From assembly GCF_009914755.1 (NCBI RefSeq), contig NC_060946.1: a stretch of DNA of 64,000 bases; one strand, given 5' to 3'. Under the pieces are notes generated by a model. That model worked only from the letters and a program-made list of their open reading frames with translations, made no database searches and had not been told where the DNA came from. This DNA is from the human T2T-CHM13v2.0 reference genome, Homo sapiens. Position numbers and translations under genes: made by a program. Below, one piece after another: positions 54,501 to 64,000 of the stretch (positions are counted from its first letter, which is position 1; the number at the start of each line of letters is the position of its first letter).

Positions 54501-57500
54501 CTGCACTGATCACCTAGGTGATGTAACTCTTGTCTACCCCCTGTCCAACAGGGCATTGTGAAATATCTCTGCACTGATCACCCAGGTGATTCAACTCTTG
54601 ACTATGAACTGCCTACAGAGGTTATTGTGAAATATCTCTGCACTGATAAACTAGGTGGTGTAACCATTGTCCAAGCTCTGCCTACAGGGGCGTTTCCACA
54701 TATCCCTGAACTGATGACAAAGGTGATGTAACTCTTGCCTAGGCTTTGCCTGCAGGGAACATTGGACATATATCTGCACTGATCACCCAGGTGATGCAAC
54801 TCTTGCCTAGGCTTTGCCTACAGGGGACATTGTGACATATCTCTTCAATGATCACTCATGTGATGCATCTCTTGCCTAGGCTTTGCCTACAGGGGACATT
54901 GTGACATATCTCTGCACTGATCTCCCAGGAGCTGTAACTTTAGTCTAGGCTCTGGCTACACGGCATTGTGACATATCACTGCACTGATCAACCAGGTGAT
55001 ATAACTCTTGTATAGGCTCTGCCTACAGGGGGATTGTGACCTACCTCTGCACTGATCACGCAGGTGATATAACTCTTCTCTAGTATCTTCCTACAGGGTA
55101 CTTTGTGACATATCCCTGCACTGATCACCCAGGTGATCTATCTCTGGTCTAAGCTCTGCCTAAAGGGGCATTGTGACAGATCTCTGCACTGATCACTCAG
55201 GTGATGTAAGTATTGTCTAGGCTCTGCTTCAAGGGGCCTTGTCACATATCTCTGCACTGATAACCCAGGTGATGTAACTCTTGTCTAGGCCCTGCTTCCA
55301 GGGCATATTGTGACATATCTATGCACTGATCACCTTAGTGATGTAACACTTTGGTAGGCTCGGCCTACAGGGGAATGTTGACATATCTCTGCACTGTTAA
55401 CCGAGGTGATTTAACTCTTGTCTAGGCTGTGCCCACAGTGGGATTGAGACATATCTCTGCACTGATCCCGAGGTGATACAACTCTTGCCTGGTCTCTGCC
55501 TACTGTGGACATTGTGACATATCTCTGCACTGATCTCCCAGGTGCTGTAACTTTAGTCTAGGCTCTGGCTACACGGCATTGTGACATATCACTGCACTGA
55601 TCACCCAGGCGATATAACTCTTCTCTAGGATCTGACCACAGGGTGCTTTGTGACATATCCCTGCAATGATCACCCAGGTGACATACAACTTGCCAAGGCT
55701 CTGCCTACAGGGGCATTGCAATGTATCTCTGCACTGATCACCTAGGTCTTGTAGCTATTTTCTAGGATCTGCCTACAGGGTGCTTTGTGAGGTGTCCCAG
55801 CAAGGTTTACCCAGGTGATGTATCTCTCATCAAGGCTCTGCCTACAGGCACATTGTGATGTATCTCTGCACTGATCACCTAGGTCATGTAAACTTTTTCT
55901 AGGCTCTACCTACGATGGCATTGTGACATATCTCTGCACTAATCATCCAAGTGATGTAACACTTGTCTAGGATGTGCCTAAATTAACTTTTTGACATAAC
56001 CCTGTACTGATCATCCAGGTGATGGAGCTTTTGTCTAGGCTCTGCCTAAGGGGGCATTGTGACATATTTCTGCATTGATCACCCAGGTGGCGAACTCTTC
56101 TCTCGGATCTGCCTATGGGGGCATTGTGAGAAATCTCTGCACTGATAACCCAGGTGATGTAACTGTTGTGTAACCTCTGCCTACAGGAGAATTGTGAGAG
56201 ATCTCGTCACTGATTACCCAAGTGATGTAACCGTTGTCTAGGCTTTGCATACAGGGGGCTTTGTGACATACCTTTGCACTGATCACCCAGGTGATGTAAC
56301 ACATCTAAGTTCGGCCTAAAGGAGCTTTGTGACATATCTCTGCACTGATCACTTAGGTGATGTAACACTTTTATAATGACTGCCTACAGGGAATTTTGAC
56401 AAATCTCTGCACTGATCACCTAGGTGATGTAACTCTTGTCTACCCTCTGTCCAACGGGGCATTGTGAAATATCTCTGCACTGATCACCCAGGTGATTCAA
56501 CTCTTGACTAGGAACTGCCTACAGAGGTTGTTGTGAAATATCTCTGCACTGATAAACTAGGTGGTGTAACCCTTGTCCAAGCTCTGCCTACAGCGGCGTT
56601 TCCACATATCCCTGAACTGATGACAAAGGTGATGTAACTCTTGCCTAGGCTTTGCCTACAGGGAACATTGGACATATATCTGCACTGATCACCCAGGTGA
56701 TGCAGCTCCTCCCTAGGCTTTGCCTACAGCGGACATTGTGACATATCACTTCAATGATCACTCATGTGATGCATCTCTTGCCTAGGCTTTGCCTACAGGG
56801 GACATTGTGACATATCTCTGCACTGATCTCCCAGGAGCTGTAACTTTAGTCTAGGCTCTGGCTACACGGCATTGTGACATATCACTGCACTGATCAACCA
56901 GGTGATATAACTCTTGTATAGGCTCTGCCTACAGGGGGATTGTGACCTACCTCTGCACTGATCACCCAGGTGATATAACTCTTCTCTAGGGTCTGCCTAC
57001 AGGGTACTTTGTGACATATCCCTGCACTGATCACCCAGGTGATCTATCTCTGGTCTAAGCTCTGCCTAAAGGGGCATTGTGACAGATCTCTGCACTGATC
57101 ACTCAGGTGATGTAAGTATTGTCTAGGCTCGGCTTCAAGGGGCCTTGTCACATATCTCTGCACTGATCACCCAGGTGATGTAACTCTTGTCTAGGCTCTG
57201 CTTCCAGGGCATATTGTGACATATCTATGCACTGATCACCTTAGTGATGTAACACTTTGGTAGGCTCGGCCTACAGGGGAATCTTGACATATCTCTGCAC
57301 TGTTAACCGAGGTGATTTAACCCTTGTCTAGGCTGTGCCCACAGGGGGATTGAGACATATCTCTGCACTGATCCCGAGGTGATACAACTCTTGCCTGGTC
57401 TCTGCCTACTGTGGACATTGTGACATATCTCTGCACTGATCTCCCAGGTGCTGAAACTTTAGTCTAGGCTCTGGCTACACGGCATTGTGACATATCACTG

Positions 57501-60500
57501 CACTGATCACCCAGGCGATATAACTCTTCTCTAGGATCTGACCACAGGGTGCTTTGTGACATATCCCTGAAATGATCACCAAGGTGATATACCACTTGCC
57601 AAGGCTCTGCCTACAGGGGCATTGCAATGTATCTCTGCACTGATCACCTAGGTCTTGTAGCTATTTTCTAGGATGTGCCTACAGGGTGCTTTGTGACGTG
57701 TCCCAGCAAGGATTACCCAGGTGATGTACCTCTCATCAAGGCTCTGCCTACAGGCACATTGTGGTGTATCTCTGCACTGATCACCTAGGTCATGTAACCT
57801 TTTTCTAGGCTCTACCTACGATGGCATTGTGACATATCTCTGCACTAATCATCCAAGTGATGTAACACTTGTCTAGGATGTGCCTAAATTAACTTTTTGA
57901 CATAACCCTGTACTGATCATCCAGGTGATGGAGCTTTTGTCTAGGCTCTGCCTAAGGGGGCATTGTGACATATTTCTGCATTGATCACCCAGGTGGCGAA
58001 CTCTTCTCTCGGATCTGCCTAAGGGGGCATTGTGAGAAATCTCTGCACTGATAACCCAGGTGATGTAACTGTTGTGTAACCTCTGCCTACAGGAGAATTG
58101 TGAGAGATCTCGTCACTGATTACCCAAGTGATGGAACCGTTGTCTAGGCTTTGCATACAGGGGGCTTTGTGACATACCTTTGCACTGATCACCCAGGTGA
58201 TGTAACACATCTAAGTTCGGCCTAAAGGAGCTTTGTGACATATCTCTGCACTGATCACTTAGGTGATGTAACACTTTTATAATCACTGCCTACAGGGAAT
58301 TTTGACAAATCTCTGCACTGATCACCTAGGTGATGTAACTCTTGTCTACCCCCTGTCCAACAGGGCATTGTGAAATATCTCTGCACTGATCACCCAGGTG
58401 ATTCAACTCTTGACTAGGAACTGCCTACAGAGGTTATTGTGAAATATCTCTGCACTGATAAACTAGGTGGTGTAAACCTTGTCCAAGCTCTGCCTACAGG
58501 GGCGTTTCCACATATCCCTGAACTGATGACAAAGGTGATGTAACTCTTGCCTAGGCTTTGCCTACAGGGAACATTGGACATATATCTGCACTGATCACCC
58601 AGGTGATGCAACTCTTGCCTAGGCTTTGCCTACAGGGGACATCGTGACATATCTCTTCAATGATCACTCATGTGATGCATCTCTTGCCTAGGCTTTGCCT
58701 ACAGGGGACATTGTGACATATCTCTGCACTGATCTCCCAGGTGCTGTAACTTTAGTATAGGCTCTGGCTACACGGCATTGTGACATATCAATGCACTGAT
58801 CAACCAGGTGATATAACTCATTTATAGGTTTCTGCCTACAGGGGGATTGTGAACTACCACTGCACTGATCACCCAGGTGATATAACTCTTCTCTAGGATC
58901 TGCCTACAGGGTACTTTGTGACATATCCCTGCACTGATCACCCAGGTGATCTAACTCTGGTCTAAGCTCTGCCTAAAGGGGCATTGTGACAGATCTCTGC
59001 ACTGATCACTCTGGTGATGTAAGTATTGTCTAGGCTCTGCTTCAAGGGGCCTTGTCACATATCTCTGCACTGATCACCCAGGTGATGTAACTCTTGTCTA
59101 GGCTCTGCTTCCAGGGCATATTGTGACATATCTATGCACTGATCACCTTAGTGATGTAACACTTTGGTAGGCTCGGCCTACAGGGGAATCTTGACATATC
59201 TCTGCACTGTTAACCGAGGTGATTTAACTCTTGTCTAGGCTGTGCCCACAGGGGGATTGAGACGTATCTCTGCACTGATCCCGAGGTGATACAACTCTTG
59301 CCTGGTCTCTGCCTACTGTGGACATTGGGACATATCTCTGCACTGAACTCCCAGGTGCTGTAACTTTATTCTAGGCTCTGGCTACTCGGCATTGTGACAT
59401 GTCACTGCACTGATCACCCAACGATATAACTCTTCTCTAGGATCTGACCACAGGGTGCTTTGTGACATATCCCTGCAATGATCACCCAGGTGATATACCA
59501 CTTGCCAAGGCTCTGCCTACAGGGGCATTGCAATGTATCTCTGCACTGATCACCTAGGTCTTGTAGCTATTTTCTAGGATCTGCCTACAGGGTGCTTTGT
59601 GACGTGTCCCAGCAAGGATTACCCAGGTGGTGTACCTCTCATCAAGGCTCTGCCTACAGGCACATTGTGATGTATCTCTGCACTGATCACCTCGGTCATG
59701 TAACTTTTTTCTAGGCTCTACCTACGATGGCATTGTGACATATCTCTGCACTAATCATCCAAGTGATGTAACTCTTGTCTAGGATGTGCCTAAATTAACT
59801 TTTTGACATAACCCTGTACTGATCATCCAGGTGATGGAGCTTTTGTCTAGGCTCTGCCTAAGGGGGCATTGTGGCATATTTCTGCATTGATCACCCAGGT
59901 GGCGAACTCTTCTCTCGGATCTGCCTATGGGGGCATTGTGAGAAATCTCTGCACTGATCACCCAGGTGATGTAACTGTTGTGTAACCTCTGCCTACAGGG
60001 GAATTGTGAGAGATCTCGTAACTGATTACCCAAGTGATGTAACCGTTGTCTAGGCTTTGCATACAGGGGGCTTTGTGACATACCTTTGCACTGATCACCC
60101 AGGTGATGTAACACAGCTAATTTCGGCCTAAAGGAGCTTTGTGACATATCTCTGCACTGATCACTTAGGTGATGTAACACTTTTATAATCACTGCCTACA
60201 GGGAATTTTGACAAATCTCTGCACTGATCACCTAGGTGATGTAACTCTTGTCTACCCCCTGTCCAACGGGGCATTGTGAAATATCTCTGCACTGATCACC
60301 CAGGTGACTCAACTCTTGACTAGGAACTGCCTACAGAGGTTATTGTGAAATATCTCTGCACTGATAAACTAGGTGGTGTAACCATTGTCCAAGCTCTGCC
60401 TACAGGGGCGTTTCCACATATCTCTGAACTGATGACAAAGGTGATGTAACTCTTGCCTAGGCTTTGCCTACAGGGAACATTGGACATATATCTGCACTGA

Positions 60501-63500
60501 TCACCCAGGTGATGCAACTCTTGCCTAGGCTTTGCCTACAGGGGCATTGTGACATATCTCTTCAATGATCACTCATGTGATGCATCTCTTGCCTAGGCTT
60601 TGCCTACAGGGGACATTGTGACATATCTCTGCACTGATCTCCCAGGTGCTGTAACTTTAGTCTAGGCTCTGGCTACACGGCATTGTGACATATCACTGCA
60701 CTGATCAACCAGGTGATATAACTCTTGTATAGGCTCTGCCTACAGGGGGATTTTGACCTACCTCTGCACTGATCACGCAGGTGATATAACTCTTCTCTAG
60801 GATCTTCCTACAGGGTACTTTGTGACATATCCCTGCACTGATCACCCAGGTGATCTATCTCTGGTCTAAGCTCTGCCTAAAGGGGCATTGTGACAGATCT
60901 CTGCACTGATCACTCAGGTGATGTAAGTATTGTCTAGGCTCGGCTTCAAGGGGCCTTGTCACATATCTCTGCACTGATCACCCAGGTGATGTAACTCTTG
61001 TCTAGGCTCTGCTTCCAGGGCATATTGTGACATATCTATGCACTGATCACCTTAGTGATGTAACACTTTGGTATTCTCGGCCTACAGTGGAATCTTGACA
61101 TATCTCTGCACTGTTAACCGAGGTGATTTAACTCTTGTCTAGGCTGTGCCCACAGGGGGATTGAGACATATCTCTGCACTGATCCCGAGGTGATACAACT
61201 CTTGCCTGGTCTCTGCCTACTGTGGACATTGTGACATATCTCTGCACTGATCTCCCAGGTGCTGTAAATTTAGTCTAGGCTCTGGCTACACGGCATTGTG
61301 ACATAACACTGCACTGATCACCCAGGCGATATAACTCTTCTCTAGGATCTGACCACAGGGTGCTTTGTGACATATCCCTGCAATGATCACCCAGGTGATA
61401 TACCACTTGCCAAGTCTCTGCCTACAGGGGCATTGCAATGTATCTCTGCACTGATCACCTAGGTCTTGTAGCTATTTTCTAGGATGTGCCTACAGGGTGC
61501 TTTGTGACGTGTCCCAGCAAGGATTACCCAGGTGATGTACCTCTCATCAAGGCTCTGCCTACAGGCACATTGTGATGTATCTCTGCACTGATCACCTAGG
61601 TCATGTAAATTTTGTATAGGCTCTACCTACGATGGCATTGTGACATATCTCTGCACTAATCATCCAAGTGATGTAACTCTTGTCTAGGATGTGCCTAAAT
61701 TAACTTTTTGACATAACCCTGTACTGATCATCCAGGTGATGGAGCTTTTGTCTAGGCTCTGCCTAAGGGGGCATTGTGACGTATTTCTGCATTGATCCCC
61801 AAGTGGCGAACTCTTCTCTTGGATCTGCCTATGGGGGCATTGTGAGAAATCTCTGCACTGATCACCCAGGTGATGTAACTGTTGTGTAACCTCTGCCTAC
61901 AGGGGAATTGTGAGAGATCTCGTCACTGATTACCCAAGTGATGTAACCGTTGTCTAGGCTTTGCGTACAAGGGGCTTTGTGACATACATTTGCACTGATC
62001 ACCCAGGTGATGTAACACATCTAAGTTCGGCCTAAAGGAGCTTTGTGACATATCTCTGCACTGATCACTTAGGTGATGTAACACTTTTATAATCACTGCC
62101 TACAGGGAATTTTGACAAATCTCTGCACTGATCACCTAGGTGATGAAACTCTTTTCTACCCCCTGTCCAACGAGGCATTGTGAAATATCTCTGCACTGAT
62201 CACCCAGGTGACTCAACTCTTGACTAGGAACTGCCTACAGAGGTTATTGTGAAATATCTCTGCACTGATAAACTAGGTGGTGTAACCCTTGTCCAAGCTC
62301 TGCCTACAGGGGCGTTTCCACATATCCCTGAACTGATGACAAAGGTGATGTAACTCTTGCCTAGGCTTTGCCTACAGGGAACATTGGACATATATCTGCA
62401 CTGATCACCCAGGTGATGCAACTCCTGCCTAGGCTTTGCCTACAGGGGACATTGTGACATATCTCTTCAATGATCACTCATGTGATGCATCTCTTGCCTA
62501 GGCTTTGCCTGCAGGGGACATTGTGACATATCTCTGCACTGATCTCCCAGGTGCTGTAACTTTAGTCTAGGCTCTGACTACACGGCATTGTGACATATCA
62601 CTGCACTGATCAACCAGGTGATATAACTCTTGTATAGGCTCTGCCTACAGGGGGATTGTGACCTACCTCTGCACTGATCACCCAGGTGATATAACTCTTC
62701 TCTAGGATCTGCCTACAGGGTACTTTGTGACATATCCCTGCACTGATCACCCAGGTGATCTATCTCTGGTCTAAGCTCTGCCTAAAGGGGCATTGTGACA
62801 GATCTCTGCACTGATCAGTCTGGTGATGTAAGTATTGTCTAGGCTCGGCTTCAAGGGGCCTTGTCACATATCTCTGCACTGATAACCCAGGTGATGTAAC
62901 TCTTGTCTAGGCTCTGCTTACAGGGCATATTGTGACATATCTATGCACTGATCACCTTAGTGATGTAACACTTTGGTAGGCTCGGCCTACAGGGGAATCT
63001 TGACATATCTCTGCACTGTTAACCGAGGTGATTTAACTCTTGTCTAGGCTGTGCCCACAGGGGGATTGAGACATATCTCTGCACTGATCCCGAGGTGATA
63101 CAACTCTTGCCTGGTCTCTGCCTACTGTGGTCATTGTGACATATCTCTGCACTGATCTCCCAGGTGCTGTAACTTTAGTCTAGGCTCTGGCTACACGGCA
63201 TTGTGACATATCACTGCACTGATCACCCAGGCGATATAACTCTTCTCTAGGATCTGACCACAGGGTGCTTTGTGACATATCCCTGCAATGATCACCCAGG
63301 TGATATACCACTTGCCAAGGCTCTGCCTACAGGGGCATTGCAATGTATCTCTGCACTGATCACCTAGGTCTTGTAGCTATTTTCTAGGATCTGCCTACAG
63401 GGTGCTTTGTGACGTGTCCCAGCAAGGATTACCCAGGTGATGTACCTCTCATCAAGGCTCTGCCTACAGGCACATTGTGATGTATCTCTGCACTGATCAC

Positions 63501-64000
63501 CTAGGTCATGTAACCTTTTTCTAGGCTCTACCTACGATGGCATTGTGACATATCTCTGCACTAATCATCCAAGTGATGTAACACTTGTCTAGGATGTGCC
63601 TAAATTAACTTTTTGACATAACCCTGTACTGATCATCCAGGTGATGGAGCTTTTGTCTAGGCTCTGCCTAAGGGGGCATTGTGACATATTTCTGCATTGA
63701 TCACCCAGGTGGCGAACTCTTCTCTCGGATCTGCCTATGGGGGCATTGTGAGAAATCTCTGCACTGATAACCCAGGTGATGTAACTGTTGTGTAACCTCT
63801 GCCTACAGGAGAATTGTGAGAGATCTCGTCACTGATTACCCAAGTGATGTAACCGTTGTCTAGGCTTTGCATACAGGGAGCTCTGTGACATACCTTTGCA
63901 CTGATCACCCAGGTGATGTAACACATCTAAGTTCGGCCTAAAGGAGCTTTGTGACATATCTCTGCACTGATCACTTAGGTGATGTAACACTTTTATAATC
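37450..64000 (+). repeat. Tandem super-duplication with period 13,340 bp (7 HOR units): ~37450-50789 and ~50790-64000+
   Basis: Private variants recur at +13,340, e.g. ctgcctaggattt (37651/50991), ggacctatat (39518/52858), gatgtatcacgttt (41113/54453), gcagctcctccc (43362/56702), gtattctcggcctacagtgg (47731/61071). Variant ORFs in the track also recur at this offset (46439/59779, 44679/58019). Confidence 0.93.

Larger units (their letters stand above)
1..64000 (+). repeat. Beta satellite (BSR/Sau3A, ~68-bp monomer) tandem array, about 940 monomers, continuing beyond both window ends
   Basis: The motif tgcactGATCACCCAGGTGATgtaactcttgtctaggctctgcctacagggg..attgtgacatatctc recurs every 68-69 bp throughout. 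It matches the primate beta-satellite consensus as I recall it, with a GATC (Sau3A) site in most monomers. No non-satellite interruption or strand switch was seen. Confidence 0.97.

Noticed and set aside
442-63926. Recurring 60-65 aa minus-strand ORFs (MHHLGDQCR..., MISAEISHN..., MCYITWVIS...) that look like a Cys/His-rich peptide family
   Set aside because: They are translations of satellite monomers recurring at the HOR period. The 68-bp period is not a multiple of 3, the ORFs are made and broken by random SNVs and indels, and there is no recognisable domain or gene context. The strand bias follows from the many TGA/TAA/TAG triplets on the + strand of the monomer.
1-64000. CRISPR-like look: palindromic conserved core at ~68-bp period with variable intervening sequence
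   Set aside because: The 'spacers' are homologous to one another and repeat every 28 units. There is no leader and no cas gene, and the sequence matches primate beta satellite.
1-64000. Possible D4Z4/LSau/DUX4-like, rDNA, Alu or L1 sequence, often found next to beta satellite
   Set aside because: No GC/CpG-rich segment, poly(A) tail, target-site duplication or other non-satellite sequence was seen. HOR spacing accounts for essentially every base.
1-64000. Alpha-satellite or active centromere interpretation (CENP-B boxes)
   Set aside because: The monomer is 68 bp rather than 171 bp, and I saw no CENP-B box.

Overview
The whole 64 kb window is one uninterrupted, single-orientation array of primate (human-like) beta satellite (BSR/Sau3A family). 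The monomer is ~68 bp, with consensus close to GATCACCCAGGTGATGTAACTCTTGTCTAGGCTCTGCCTACAGGGGCATTGTGACATATCTCTGCACT. Monomers form a 28-monomer, ~1,906-bp higher-order repeat (HOR), and 33 HOR landmarks are visible. I see no genuine genes, RNA genes, transposons or CRISPR arrays; the ORFs in the track are artefacts of translating satellite DNA. What is interesting is the nested architecture. (1) Each HOR contains a 97-bp direct repeat 613 bp apart. (2) Both reciprocal products of unequal exchange at that repeat are present: a 19-mer deletion HOR and a 44-mer HOR with a triplicated sub-block. (3) A 1-monomer deletion allele occurs three times. (4) A more diverged zone spans about 16-32 kb, with dense substitution patches. 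(5) A very recent 13,340-bp (7-HOR) tandem super-duplication overlaps an older 11,434-bp-offset duplication. I found no credible novel protein- or RNA-encoding system. All counts are by eye.
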